Source: a virus
Lineage: Duplodnaviria > Heunggongvirae > Uroviricota > Caudoviricetes
Virus record (IMG/VR): IMGVR_UViG_2740892441_000001
Length of the DNA stretch: 64,000 nt
Direction: 5' to 3' (one strand)
The position numbers were made by a program, and so were the translations under genes. Under the pieces are notes generated by a model. It had not been told where the DNA came from and ran no database searches. It saw nothing but the letters and a program-made list of their open reading frames with translations. This document shows, piece after piece, positions 28,278 to 39,439 of the stretch (positions are counted from its first letter, which is position 1; every line of letters starts with the position of its first letter).

Positions 28278-29381
28278 TCACACCGCCACTGGAACCTTGA
28301 TCCACGGTAGAGGGTCATAGCCAAGAATTAAAACCTCGTCCCATTTGAAATCATCCAACTCTGACCATTCATGAGGGAAAATAACGACCGGATCTGAATG
28401 CTCTGGAGCCTGTCGTTTCATTAGCTCACACACACCTTCCATGTGGTTGTTGTACAAATGCACGTCAAAGCCAAAATGCACAAATGCACCGGCCATGTGA
28501 CCCGTAATCTTCGCGAGAAAATGAGTGAGAATGCCATAGCCAGCAATATTGAATGGCATACCAACAAAAGTGTCTACGCTACGCTGTACGAGGCAGGAGT
28601 TGAGGATGCGTTTGGGGATTCCAAGTTCATCCAGTTCAGCTTCAGTAACACTGCCGTCCATCTCCAGATCGTATAGCATCTTGGTGTAGATAGACTCGTA
28701 ACCGAGGCGACTGTGTTGAAGACCAATGTCAGTTGCCATCGTTAAACGGGTTTCAAAATCCAGCTCACGACTCCACAAAGAGAAGACAAAGTGGCAAGGT
28801 GGCAGTTTCATATCCTCAAGCTCGCCTACGTTCCATGCGTTAAGCATGATGCGACGATCGGTGGGGTTCGTGCGCAGTGTATCGACAATACGCTGTAGCT
28901 GATCGATTTCACGGGACAGCACTACGCGATCTTCACTGATACCCAGGTATCCCTCGACTTTGTACCCGCGTTCACGGAAAGTATCGATCTTGCTCAGATA
29001 TTCACTATGGCTCACGATGCGGGTATCTTCCCATCGACGCCACTGCTTACCGTAAACCGGCCCCAAATCGCCATTCTCATCGGCCCATGCATCCCAAATC
29101 TTAACGCCGTTATCCTTGAGAAATTGGATGTTGCCCGTGCCTTTCAGATACCACTCAAGTTCGACAAGTAGTGGCTTAAGATTTACCGCCTTTCCAGAAA
29201 TAAGCGGCACAGTCCCACCAGTAAGCATGTAGTAAGAGGGAACATAGCAGGTGCTTAAAGTACCAGTGCCTGTGCGATCATCAGCCTGCACGCCGCTTTT
29301 AAGCACCGTCTCAATAACTTTTGCATACGATGCGTTTGTTACCTGACCGTTCGTATGCTCTCGATTCAAAAGGAGTGACAC
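28278..29381 (-). CDS. thyA: thymidylate synthase family protein (ThyA-like with two insertions)
   Basis: DRTGTGTLS, RRIMLNAWNVGEL, LPPCH catalytic motif; GTG start with GAGG RBS; 367 aa versus about 264 for E. coli ThyA. Confidence 0.7.
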   Translation of the reverse strand: MSLLLNREHTNGQVTNASYAKVIETVLKSGVQADDRTGTGTLSTCYVPSYYMLTGGTVPLISGKAVNLKPLLVELEWYLKGTGNIQFLKDNGVKIWDAWADENGDLGPVYGKQWRRWEDTRIVSHSEYLSKIDTFRERGYKVEGYLGISEDRVVLSREIDQLQRIVDTLRTNPTDRRIMLNAWNVGELEDMKLPPCHFVFSLWSRELDFETRLTMATDIGLQHSRLGYESIYTKMLYDLEMDGSVTEAELDELGIPKRILNSCLVQRSVDTFVGMPFNIAGYGILTHFLAKITGHMAGAFVHFGFDVHLYNNHMEGVCELMKRQAPEHSDPVVIFPHEWSELDDFKWDEVLILGYDPLPWIKVPVAV

Positions 29382-29396
29382 AAAAACCTCACAAAG

Positions 29397-29412
29397 ATAA
29401 GTAATTACTTAT
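29397..29412. promoter_or_regulatory. perfect palindrome ATAAGTAATTACTTAT (motif B) upstream of thyA RBS
   Basis: 16-bp palindrome. Confidence 0.3.
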
Positions 29413-29551
29413 TCATCGTGTGAGTTTACATTCATTGAGAGAACAAGACCAGACAGATAAAAAAATGGTGGCCATAGGCCACCAAAACGAATAGTCATTC
29501 CAGAGTTTTATTACGCATGTTAAATATACACAGATAGATAACTACCTACAA

Positions 29552-30421
29552 TTATTTTTTGATCATTCCGTACATTGCTGAGGCTTTAGCTTGCTCAACA
29601 AAGGAGGATAAATCGACATCACTATAGGTTGGAGACTTCAGAATCTTTCCATCGGAAATTCGAAAACCGATCATCTTATCGGTGCCATCAGCATGGCGGA
29701 ATCCCAGATCTGAAGAGTCGTATTTGCAGTTGGCCACAGCCTGGCGACGTTCCTCAACATCAGCAGGCCATAATTTTGTCATGTTAGACCGATGAATTTC
29801 GCCAACCAGCTCGACGACATTGATACCGAGGAAATCAGCCAGTCGATAAGTCATCATGCACGCCACATAGATTTTGTTCATTACACGGCGCAGTTCCTGA
29901 ATCAGCTCAGAATCCTTAACAGTCTTCTTCTCAAGTTTATCTGCCAGCTCTTCGAGCATACATGACGCCTCACGAGCTTCCTGAAATGGCATTGCCATAT
30001 CATCGAAAACAGTGTTACCGGGCACAAAAATTGTCTGCATAAAGCGATCAATGCTCTGTTCCTGCGTGTAATAGGTCATGCCGGTAGAAATACCACCTTT
30101 GATGGAGACCATCGTACCAACACCAACGTATAAAAAGTCGGCCATTGCATCCAGCAGTTGCTCAATATCCCCATTCATTGCGGCTGGAATACCTTCCACT
30201 ACAGCTTCTTCATGAATCAGGCTTGCACGGAGACGAAGCAGCTCTGGTGTCGGCATAACGCGTCTCGGATGCTGGAAGAGTTCATGAAACTGATCGACCA
30301 TCTTGTAAATACTTTCAGTGGCTACACCATGGCCTTCATGCAACTCATATGGTTCTGGCTTAAATCCAATGAGTCGATCGGTGGCAAGTTTCAGGTGGTC
30401 AGTCAGTTTGGTAAAGTTCAT
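29552..30421 (-). CDS. putative MazG-like nucleotide pyrophosphohydrolase (tentative)
   Basis: Start refined to MNFTK ATG with AAGGAA RBS; two helical EE..D-type repeats. Confidence 0.4.
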   Translation of the reverse strand: MNFTKLTDHLKLATDRLIGFKPEPYELHEGHGVATESIYKMVDQFHELFQHPRRVMPTPELLRLRASLIHEEAVVEGIPAAMNGDIEQLLDAMADFLYVGVGTMVSIKGGISTGMTYYTQEQSIDRFMQTIFVPGNTVFDDMAMPFQEAREASCMLEELADKLEKKTVKDSELIQELRRVMNKIYVACMMTYRLADFLGINVVELVGEIHRSNMTKLWPADVEERRQAVANCKYDSSDLGFRHADGTDKMIGFRISDGKILKSPTYSDVDLSSFVEQAKASAMYGMIKK

Positions 30422-30498
30422 GCTAGTTTTGTTCCTTCTTAATTCTTGTGATCCATTGTGGCCCAGCGTTGCCAGGCCACATAATGCTTTGTATCGGT

Positions 30499-31641
30499 TT
30501 ACAGGTCTGCAAACTGGCTTAGAGAAGCCTTGTCCACGGTAGAATCGATCTGACCTACCAGATATGTGCTTTGCTCTGCCTCTTGTGGTGCAATTTGCAG
30601 TGTGTCGGTTAACAACCACTTGTTCATCCAGACCAGCGGATCTGTGGTAACTTCTGGAAATAAAGCCTTCAGGCCAAGACGATTCATAGCCAGATTGGTG
30701 CGGTATTTTACATAGGTCTTCAGAATATCCGCGTTTAAACCAATCATCGAACCGTCTTTGAAGAGATAGTCTGCCCAGTTCATTTCTTGTTCGGCGACTG
30801 ATTTCATGGTGTCGTAAATGACGTTTTCTTCATCAGCAGCAATCTCTTTCCACAATAAACCTTCGCGACCGGTACGCATGAAGCGGATCATGCGTTCAGT
30901 TCCTTCGCAATGCAGAGCTTCATCACGGGCAATAAAGCGCATAATTTTGGTGTTACCCTCAAGCAACTTCCGTTCGCCAAAGGCAAACGTACATGCAAAA
31001 CTTACATAGAAACGGATCGCCTCAAGCGCATTAATGGACACCAACGTGCGGAAAAGCTGACGGTGCAAAGGGTATGGCTCCCAGCCATATTCATTTACGT
31101 ACAGACGTTCAAACTCTTTCTCACCTAACGACTGGCGCTCGCAGGTCATCCCATAAAGCCTGTCATATTCAGCAGAGATACTGATCGCTCGGTTGATGAT
31201 TTCTTCATCCGTAACAATACCGTCAAAAACAATACTCGGATCGTCCACCATGCCACGAATAATGTGGGTGTAGCTGCGGCTATGGATAGTCTCAGAGAAA
31301 GACCACGTTTCAACCCACGTTTCCAGTTCAGGAATAGAGATAAGCGGCAGCAGAGTTGCGTTTGGGCTACGTCCCTGAACTGAATCGAGCAACGTTTGAT
31401 AACGGAGATTACTCAGGAAAATGTGGCGTTCGTGGTCCCGCAGCTTCGTATTGAAGTCGATGCGATCGCTCGAAATATCAACTTCTTCCGGCCGCCAGAA
31501 GAAAGACAATTGACGTTCAATCAACTTTTCAAAATCACGGTATTTTTGTTGATCGTAACGAGCCACGTTGACAGATTGTCCGAGGAACATAGGCTCTTTG
31601 GTTGCATCATTAGCACCCAAACGGAACGTTGAATATGACAT
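30499..31641 (-). CDS. nrdB: ribonucleotide reductase beta subunit
   Basis: Matches E. coli NrdB over its length as recalled ([36 protein letters not shown]...[15 protein letters not shown]...ARDEALH). Confidence 0.9.
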   Translation of the reverse strand: MSYSTFRLGANDATKEPMFLGQSVNVARYDQQKYRDFEKLIERQLSFFWRPEEVDISSDRIDFNTKLRDHERHIFLSNLRYQTLLDSVQGRSPNATLLPLISIPELETWVETWSFSETIHSRSYTHIIRGMVDDPSIVFDGIVTDEEIINRAISISAEYDRLYGMTCERQSLGEKEFERLYVNEYGWEPYPLHRQLFRTLVSINALEAIRFYVSFACTFAFGERKLLEGNTKIMRFIARDEALHCEGTERMIRFMRTGREGLLWKEIAADEENVIYDTMKSVAEQEMNWADYLFKDGSMIGLNADILKTYVKYRTNLAMNRLGLKALFPEVTTDPLVWMNKWLLTDTLQIAPQEAEQSTYLVGQIDSTVDKASLSQFADL

Positions 31642-31663
31642 GTGTTTTTCCTTTTTTGATGTG

Positions 31664-31700
31664 TTTAAACAAGTTGTTATCTTATGTGTTTAAACAAGGC
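31664..31700 (-). promoter_or_regulatory. promoter-like motif upstream of nrdB
   Basis: GTTTAAACAAGTTGTTATCTTATGTGTTTAAACAAGG. Confidence 0.3.
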
Positions 31701-31741
31701 TTACAAATCAAAGATAAGGTGGGGATATACCCCACCATATG

Positions 31742-34056
31742 TCAGATTTTGCAGGCTCCGTCGCACTCATCTTCTGGCTCGACGGCTACAGCTTGCGTAA
31801 GTGGATTCTGCGCTTCGTCGTCATCACGCTTTCCTGCACCATCTCTGGTGTTGTGGTAGTAAAGCGTTTTAACTCCCATCTTGTAGGCGAGAAGCAAATC
31901 TGACAGTAGCGTCATCATTGGGACTTTATCGCCTTCAAAGCGAGAAGGGTCATAGTTGGTATTGGCTGAAATAGCCTGGTCAAAGAACTTCTGGATGATC
32001 GCCACCTTTGTCAGATAGCCGCGGTTGTCCGGCATATCCCACAGGTATTCATACTGTTCCTTCAGTTTTTCAAACTCAGGCACGACCATCTTGACGATGC
32101 CGTCCTTAGAAGATTTCACTGACACCGGGCCACGAGGCGGTTCGATGCCGTTGGTGGAATTAGTGATCTGGCTGGAAGTCTCGCATGGCATTTGTGCCGT
32201 CAGTGTGGAGTTGCGAAGGCCGTATTTTGCAATACGTTCACGCAGTTCTTCCCACGGCATCTTTAACTCAAAGTTGGTTTCGCCGCTTTCGTCTAATGAA
32301 GAACGGTAATGGTCGATCGGCAACTGACCAATTGCGTATTTGGTCTGCTCAAACCAGTCACACTCACCTTTTGCTTCAGCAAGTCGGCAGCTGGCGTCAA
32401 GAAGGTAATACTGGATAGCTTCGAACGTTTCATGCACCAGTTTATTGCCAGCGGTATCAGAATAACGAACGCCATTCTTTGCCAGGTAATAAGCAAAGTT
32501 GGTTACACCAATTCCCAGGCTACGACGAGCTTTGGCAGGCACTTCGGCTGCCTCCATCGGATAGTCTTGATAATCCAGTAACGAATCCAGTGCAGCAACG
32601 GCATAGAACGCCACCTCTTTAAGAGACTCCAGTGAACGGATGGCTCCGAGGTTAAAAGCGGATAAAGTGCATAGCGCGATCTCACCGTTCGGGTCGTCGG
32701 TAAATGCCAGTGGACGGGTGGGTAGAGTGATCTCCATGCACAGGTTTGACTGGCGAACAGGTGCAAGAGCAGGAATGAAAGCGCCATGCTCGTTAATATG
32801 ATCGACGTTCGCAATATAAATTCGGCCCGTGGACGCTCGTTCCTGCATCAGAGATGAGAACAGCTCAATGGCAGGTACTGACTTCTTGCGAATTGAATCA
32901 TCGGCTTCGTATTTATGGTACAGCTTTTCAAACAGATCCTGGTCTGTGAAGAAGGCTTCGTACATATCAGGCACATCATGCGGCTGAACAGAGTGATGTT
33001 CTCGCTTCTGACGAGTCGACGGTACATTAGACGGTTACTCATGACGCCGTAATCAAGATGGCGAACGCGGTTTTCATCAATACCACGGTTATTTTTCACC
33101 ACCAGCAGACTTTCAACCTCAAGATGCCAAATCGGGTAAAACGCTGTTGCTGCGCCACCACGAACACCACCTTGCGAACAAGATTTAACAGCCGTCTGGA
33201 AATGCTTCAGGAATGGAATAACTCCGGTATGGGTGGCTTCACCATTGCGGATCTCACTGCCCAGCGCACGGATACGGCCAAAACCAATACCAATTCCAGC
33301 ACGACGTGAAACGTAGTCGATAATTGCGGCTGAAGCTGCACTAATCCCTTTCAGACTATCGCCAGACTCAATCAGCACACAACTGGAGAACTGACGGGTT
33401 GGAGTACGGACGCCGGCCATGATTGGTGTGGGCAGAGACAGCTTGAACGTACTTGTAACGTCATAGAAACCTTTGACCATCTCCATACGTGTTTTGCCCG
33501 CGCAGTCGTCTTCCCAATTCTGGAACAGACACATGCCCACCAGCATATAGATATGTTGCGGGCCTTCGTGAATCTCACCAGTAACACGGTTTTGAACGAG
33601 GTATTTGCTTTGCAACTGCACCGTAGCTGCATAGCCAAAAAGATCGTCACGTTTCGGCTTAATGTAATTGCCGAGTTCTTCGATCTCTTCAAATGAATAA
33701 TGTGTCAGCAAATCCTTGTCATAAACGCCCTTGTTAACGTTCTTGACAATGTGTTGGTAGAAGTTCGGATAGTCGTAACGACCGAAGGCATCTTTGCGGA
33801 TTTTAAAAATGTTCAGGCGGGCAGCCACCTGCGAGTAATTTGGTGCATCTGGTGAGATCAAATCAGCGGCAGATTTAACCAAAGCCTCATGCAACTGGCT
33901 GGTGGTAATCCCATCAAAAATGCTGGTCGCAGCTCCCATTGCTACAGCGGATGCGCTTACACCACGAATGCCTTCTACGCCATACATTACGACGCGGTTG
34001 TATTTTTCTTCGGATAACGGCTCTGTTTGGCCGTTACGTTTTACGATGCTTATCAT
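31742..34056 (-). CDS. nrdA: ribonucleotide reductase alpha subunit, split by a single-base frameshift near 32975-32985
   Basis: ORFs 32848-34056 and 31742-32974 both match E. coli NrdA; restoring one C after ...TLFS reconstitutes FSPHDVPDMYEAFF. Confidence 0.85.
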
Positions 34057-34129
34057 GTATCACCAAATAAAGAGGGCCACTATATTTAGTGGCCCATGTT
34101 AATAGATAAGCACTCACCTATCAATGAGA

Positions 34130-34699
34130 TCAAATGAGAGACTTGAGAACATCGCGCACCTGGCGAAACTGATCTGTTTGCATACCGGTATGGATGGCAG
34201 CCACCGCATCAGCCAAATGTTCGTTTTTGTTCACGAGAACATCCTGTCCAGATTGCTTACGACGCAGCCACGGTGCTTTAGGGTGTTTTTTCGTAGCCCA
34301 CTGGATAATCTCTTCTTTCGATGTTGTAAGTTTATTGCCGACAAAATGTTTAATTTCGTTTGGAGTAACCTGGATCAATGGCTTATCTACGCACGCAAGT
34401 ACACCGATGCAAATACCGTAAGACGTCTGCGAACGAGAGTTTTGGCTCCCAACCGGTAGCTCACAAAAAACCATATTTGCCTTATCAATGATTGGCTTCG
34501 CAACACGCCATATTTCACTGGCACGGCGCAGATCGTCACTGTTCACACGAACGGTCTTTTTGTTACTCCCCGCTTTAGTCTCAACAAGAGTAAGGCCGTG
34601 AATCTCAAGTTCGTCCGTTTCAAGGTCTAAAGTGCCCACAGCAAGCCCAAAGTTGCTCATAGAGGGATCAACACCAACTACGCTGATTTTTTTACTCAT
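34130..34699 (-). CDS. RuvC-like Holliday junction resolvase
   Basis: N-terminal VVGVDPSMSNFGLAV and C-terminal EHLADAVAAIHTG resemble RuvC catalytic motifs. Confidence 0.6.
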   Translation of the reverse strand: MSKKISVVGVDPSMSNFGLAVGTLDLETDELEIHGLTLVETKAGSNKKTVRVNSDDLRRASEIWRVAKPIIDKANMVFCELPVGSQNSRSQTSYGICIGVLACVDKPLIQVTPNEIKHFVGNKLTTSKEEIIQWATKKHPKAPWLRRKQSGQDVLVNKNEHLADAVAAIHTGMQTDQFRQVRDVLKSLI

Positions 34700-34708
34700 A
34701 TAGTCTCC

Positions 34709-35451
34709 TTACCATGTTCCCCATAGAGGGTTTTCCAATAATCTCGCCTCCAACGAATTGGCTACTATTGCCGTTTGCAACGTTGGTTGGGGATAGTTTG
34801 CAAAGTCTGAATACTCATTTTCCTGCGTGACACGTTTATCTACGGCATGTTTAACGCCACTTGCTATGAAATGACGCATGATACCCAACAGCCTCCGACT
34901 GTCTGCACTATCGTTTGCTAAAACATGAGGGAGCTGAAGTTCGATTTCTACCATTTCTCCATACTTACCAACAAACTGTAGTTTGTCCGCACTGTACTTT
35001 TTATCCCTCCTTTGGATAAGGAAACCAGTAAAAGCATCACCTGGCGATGCCAAACTATCCACCCGCTTATTGGCAAGTCGAATAAGGTTCGTGAAAGCCA
35101 TACAGTGATGCGCCCCCATTCCCCCAAAGAATCCTTCGCTATTAATGTTAAGATCTTCAGTTTCATGGGATGCAATAAACCCAGGCCCGACGTTGGGAGA
35201 TATCCCCCCTCAACAAAAGGATTAATCAGGATCGGCGCAATACATCCAGGTGGTAGTGATTTCAAACTTTGCATCAATGGTGTCTCGGATATTAGACCAA
35301 GCAACGCGGCGAATTGTACTCCGTCAATATTGTTGCTGCCCCACAGAATACGTGGAGCCGCACCATTGGAAGTATGCCCATTGATCAGTTTTATCGACTG
35401 CATCACTGCAAATACCTGCAAAAACTGCGAGCGGCTTAATTTAAACGACAT
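34709..35451 (-). CDS. hypothetical protein, apparently frameshifted (ORFs 34948-35451 and 34709-35119)
   Basis: Overlapping same-strand ORFs; C-homopolymer at about 35205. Confidence 0.3.
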
Positions 35452-37357
35452 AGCTGCGCCCCTCTTTAACTTCCAGCGTAATAGTTTCCCGGAACCATGA
35501 CTTCATCTCTTTATGGGAGATAATCAGCACAGTACCTCGCTCGCGAGCTTTGGACTCCAGAATACCCATGAGGCGTTCAAGACCGGCTGTATCGAGTGCA
35601 TCGTCAATTTCGTCGCCGATAAACAAATCGATGTTTTTACTCGCCCGGTTACTAACCAGATCCTGCAATGCCAAAGAACACGCAATGCGAACCTTCCGCT
35701 TCTCACCACCAGAGAGGGTTTGGAACGACTTACTTGAACCTTTCTTCTGCACACTAATGTTGAATTTGTCGCGATACTCACCTTTTTTAGTGACATCCAT
35801 CGTCGACCACTCAGCAGTAATGTTCCCGTCAGACAACGTATTGAGATATTCTGCTGTGCGTGTATTCAGGAAAGGCGTAACAGACGTCAAAATATGAGAA
35901 CGCACCCCGGCAGGAGAGTAGACCTGACGAGCTTTTTCCAATAGCAACGTTTGTTCCTGAATAGCCTTCAACTCATCTTTTAAGGACTTGAAGGTAGACT
36001 TACTGGATACCAGGTTATCTTCGTGTCTGGCGATAAGAGCAATAAACGGATTAATCTCTTTTGATATACGATCGACCTCAGTACGAGCACGAGTCACAAG
36101 AGACTCAATAGCAACAACCTCCTTCTCACGATGACGCAAAGATGAGAGTTGTTTCGTAAGCTCTTCAATCCGGGCAATGATAGCCGTTACATCAGGTGTC
36201 GTTTTAACAAGGGCAGACTCAATGCTTAACGCTTTCTCAAGATTCGTTTTGTGTTTAGCCATTGCCTCTGCAAGTGTCTTCGCCTGACCAATTTCCTGAC
36301 GTGCTTGTTCAATGAAATTCTCCTTCACCGTTGATAGATCTTCTTCGCAGTAGGCTTTGCCACAAGTAGGGCATGGTGATCCCACTTTAGTACCAACCTC
36401 TTCTGCTTTGGTCTTAAAATTACGCGCACGGTTCATTGCATCAGCCTGACTATTTTCTGTAGCTTTGATGCTTGCCCGAATATCAGTTATCGCACCACGA
36501 ACTTTGAGCAACTTGGCGTCATGTTCTTCTTTTGAGGCTAACTTTTTGCGCTCACTTTCGATTGCCTTCTCGGTATCACGTATCTGTTCGGGAAGAGTGC
36601 GGATCTCAAGTTCAACTTCCGTTAACTCAACTTCGGCACTGGCCAGCCCAGCCAGGGCATCGTCATAACGTTTAGAACGCTCTTGCTCCCATGATTCAGA
36701 GGAGGCTTTCGCTGACTCAATTTCTGACTGTGTTGCCTCAATGGTCGAGATTGTCGACTCCAATTTGGTTTTAACCACATCCATACGTGCGGCAGCTGCA
36801 TTAGCTCGCTCACGAGCAATAGCGTAGGCGCGTGTCAGTCTGTCAACGCCAGCGGCTTCTTCTACGATGGTTTTGAGGTTTTTGTCGGACATTCCAGGTA
36901 AATCTGGCATAGCTTCTTGGCTCGCATAGATGGAAGCCATGAAAACCTCTTTAGATGCACCAATCAGGCGTTCAACGAACTCCTGCGTCAGCGTGTCCTT
37001 GCCTTTGGTCATGTCACCGTCTTCACCGCGGACGATCAGCCGGTTCTTGAACTCTTTGTGTTTACGGTGACGAATGATCGCGTATCTCTTGCCTTCATCC
37101 TCAACAGTCACCATTACACGACAGTTTTTCTCGTAGCCTGTAGACAGCACGTCGTCACCTTTGACTCCATGCGCAGTTTCGCCATACAGACACCACATCA
37201 GGCTGTTCATCAAAGTAGATTTACCAGCGCCATTACTTGATGCGGAACTATCATCACTATTAACACCCTGAATGAGCACTAAACCACGCTGATCTAACTC
37301 GACCTCCGCGCTGGCGATAGCCATAAAATTCTCAACCTGGAGCTTTAAAAACTTCAT
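35441..37357 (-). CDS. SbcC/Rad50-like recombination nuclease ATPase subunit
   Basis: Walker A NGAGKST, long coiled coil, CPTCG zinc hook-like motif, C-terminal LSGGEKRK signature and Walker B. Confidence 0.75.
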   Translation of the reverse strand: MKFLKLQVENFMAIASAEVELDQRGLVLIQGVNSDDSSASSNGAGKSTLMNSLMWCLYGETAHGVKGDDVLSTGYEKNCRVMVTVEDEGKRYAIIRHRKHKEFKNRLIVRGEDGDMTKGKDTLTQEFVERLIGASKEVFMASIYASQEAMPDLPGMSDKNLKTIVEEAAGVDRLTRAYAIARERANAAAARMDVVKTKLESTISTIEATQSEIESAKASSESWEQERSKRYDDALAGLASAEVELTEVELEIRTLPEQIRDTEKAIESERKKLASKEEHDAKLLKVRGAITDIRASIKATENSQADAMNRARNFKTKAEEVGTKVGSPCPTCGKAYCEEDLSTVKENFIEQARQEIGQAKTLAEAMAKHKTNLEKALSIESALVKTTPDVTAIIARIEELTKQLSSLRHREKEVVAIESLVTRARTEVDRISKEINPFIALIARHEDNLVSSKSTFKSLKDELKAIQEQTLLLEKARQVYSPAGVRSHILTSVTPFLNTRTAEYLNTLSDGNITAEWSTMDVTKKGEYRDKFNISVQKKGSSKSFQTLSGGEKRKVRIACSLALQDLVSNRASKNIDLFIGDEIDDALDTAGLERLMGILESKARERGTVLIISHKEMKSWFRETITLEVKEGRSYVV

Positions 37358-37632
37358 ATAACACCTCTGATATCGTGTGTTAGCTTTTGGCCTTCTTTCA
37401 ATCTGAACTCCGTATGCGCCGGGAAGGATCTGCGCCTCAATACGCCTTTTCTTGTTAACCTTCCAAGATAAAACGCTACGGGATTTCCTTGTGGCGGGTA
37501 GGGCTTGTGAAACATCACCGTCTGGCCTCGTTCAAGTCTTTTCATCGTGATGGCAAAGTCTCGAAAGCTCCCATAACGACTTTGCTTCACACAGCCTCCG
37601 AACTCTCCGCTTCGGTGAGGATTTCCTGACAC
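37354..37632 (-). CDS. hypothetical small protein between the sbcD-like and sbcC-like genes
   Basis: 92 aa ORF overlapping both neighbours; may be spurious. Confidence 0.2.
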   Translation of the reverse strand: MSGNPHRSGEFGGCVKQSRYGSFRDFAITMKRLERGQTVMFHKPYPPQGNPVAFYLGRLTRKGVLRRRSFPAHTEFRLKEGQKLTHDIRGVI

Positions 37633-38672
37633 AAAATATCCAATTTGCTCAGATCAAATCCGCCGTCAGTATCGTGGACAATCTTGCAATAAGCAGATAC
37701 CGACTCTCCCAGGCTATCGATTTTGCTGGTTTCAGTTGTGCTGGCTGTCCCTTCCATCATTGATGACTTACGGATGAAGTTGCACACGACACCTTTTGCA
37801 CCCATTGTTTTGAGGATGTTCTGGTACTTAATGCCTTCTTCATCGTTCTCAATTACGGCGCGGAAACGCACGTAGTTGCCGCGAATTTGGTCATCAGCAA
37901 CATCATCTTCCAGGTTAATGAATTTAGGCGCACTGGTTTCGTAGTGACTGAAACTGCCGTCCGGGTTTACGATCATGTAGCCAGCCAGAGATCCAACATC
38001 TCCCCAATTTTGATGAGTCAGTGCACCGACACTGATAACTCCAGGAATGACCTCTTTGTGGTTGTGGTAATGCCCACTAAGCACGAGACGAAAGCCGATA
38101 TCCTTTAACTCCTGCGCATCGATACCGACGTCAGGCATTGTTGGAATGGCTTTGTTAATGGATGTATGGATAACAACGTCATGATTATCACCTTCTACGC
38201 TCTTACGTAATGCTTTCAGATCGCTGATAAGCTCCGCATGATTGTTACGCCAGCTAATCAGGTGGACAGTGACATCACCAATTTTTATTGAGTGTGGGCG
38301 TTTTCCACATACGATTACCACGCCGATAGAACTCAGCGATGCTGCTGCGTTGGCGCTATATACTGAATCGTTGGTTTCAAGATCGTGATTACCGGCCAGC
38401 ATTACTACTGTCAGATCAAGCTCGTTGATAATCCACTTGTACGTTTCAGTTACGTAATGCAGAACAGAAGGGGACACAGTTCCTCGGACGTGAAATGTAT
38501 CACCGGCAACCAACATGTACTTACAACCAGCCTTCTTCATGGCGATGGCGGCTTCTTTCGTTGCTTCCAACTGTATTTCAAGTCTGGAGTTAAGCCCCTC
38601 AGCGTTCGTCGTGGAGAACGCATCCCATTTGTGGTAGTGGCAGTCAGAAATGACGCCGTATGGCAAAGTCAT
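37587..38672 (-). CDS. SbcD/Mre11-like nuclease subunit
   Basis: Calcineurin-like phosphoesterase motifs (DCHYH, GDTFH, GNHD); start refined to ATG with AAGGAAAAA RBS. Confidence 0.75.
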   Translation of the reverse strand: MTLPYGVISDCHYHKWDAFSTTNAEGLNSRLEIQLEATKEAAIAMKKAGCKYMLVAGDTFHVRGTVSPSVLHYVTETYKWIINELDLTVVMLAGNHDLETNDSVYSANAAASLSSIGVVIVCGKRPHSIKIGDVTVHLISWRNNHAELISDLKALRKSVEGDNHDVVIHTSINKAIPTMPDVGIDAQELKDIGFRLVLSGHYHNHKEVIPGVISVGALTHQNWGDVGSLAGYMIVNPDGSFSHYETSAPKFINLEDDVADDQIRGNYVRFRAVIENDEEGIKYQNILKTMGAKGVVCNFIRKSSMMEGTASTTETSKIDSLGESVSAYCKIVHDTDGGFDLSKLDILCQEILTEAESSEAV

Positions 38673-38785
38673 GTGTTTTTCCTTTGTGGTTATTTTGATA
38701 CAGATATTAAGTGTGTTTGAGAGGCGAACAATCCAGATAACACGGCCATTAAGAATGTTCACAGACACATGATTATGGCAAATTC

Positions 38786-38805
38786 ATAGGTAAGTGAATA
38801 CCTAT
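38786..38805. promoter_or_regulatory. palindrome ATAGGTA-AGTGAA-TACCTAT (motif B)
   Basis: 7-bp inverted repeat. Confidence 0.3.
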
Positions 38806-38898
38806 TTTTATGGGCAACAAAGATTTCTAGATGTTACAAGCCACTCTATAATCGCAGTCACTTAATGATGACAACCAAACGAAAAAGGAGAACTGACG

Positions 38899-39402
38899 GT
38901 GAAACGCGTAATTATAGGGACGATGGCCATTGCTCTGATCGGATGCGTACCAAAACCACCTCAAGATGAAAAGTCAGCTGGCGGGTACGTTGATATTTAC
39001 TCCACTTCAAGCGTAGCAATTGCCCAAGACAGAGCCGACAAATTGTGTGGAAGCCATGCCTATTATGTCTCTAACGACAATGATTTAACCAAAGTCATGG
39101 GTAGATACGCGCCTTCATTCCCAAAAATCAGGTTCAACTGTGATCTTGAAATGGCCGCTTATCTGGGCAGCAAAGAGGCAAAGGAGATCAAAATGAAACG
39201 CATAGAGGAAGCCTACAAGGAGATGTACAAGGCCCAATATGAGCTGAAAGAAGTGCGCCGTAAGAACGCTGATCCGAAGAAGCTGGAGTCTTACACAGAA
39301 CGCGATCCGGACGGTACTATTCGCAGCTACAGCTTCTTGAATGGCAAGTCGTGCGAATCAATCGTGTACCCAGACGGCACGGGCAAAACGACTTGTGATT
39401 AA
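38899..39402 (+). CDS. lipoprotein (signal peptide with lipobox LIGC)
   Basis: GTG start after AAGGAG RBS; N-terminal hydrophobic segment + Cys; own terminator; plus strand amid minus-strand genes. Confidence 0.6.
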   Translation: MKRVIIGTMAIALIGCVPKPPQDEKSAGGYVDIYSTSSVAIAQDRADKLCGSHAYYVSNDNDLTKVMGRYAPSFPKIRFNCDLEMAAYLGSKEAKEIKMKRIEEAYKEMYKAQYELKEVRRKNADPKKLESYTERDPDGTIRSYSFLNGKSCESIVYPDGTGKTTCD

Positions 39403-39410
39403 TTCTTCAG

Positions 39411-39436
39411 GAGCACCTCGTATGGGGTGCTTTTTA
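39411..39436 (+). terminator. rho-independent terminator
   Basis: GCACC..GGTGC hairpin followed by TTTTTATTTT. Confidence 0.55.
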
Positions 39437-39439
39437 TTT

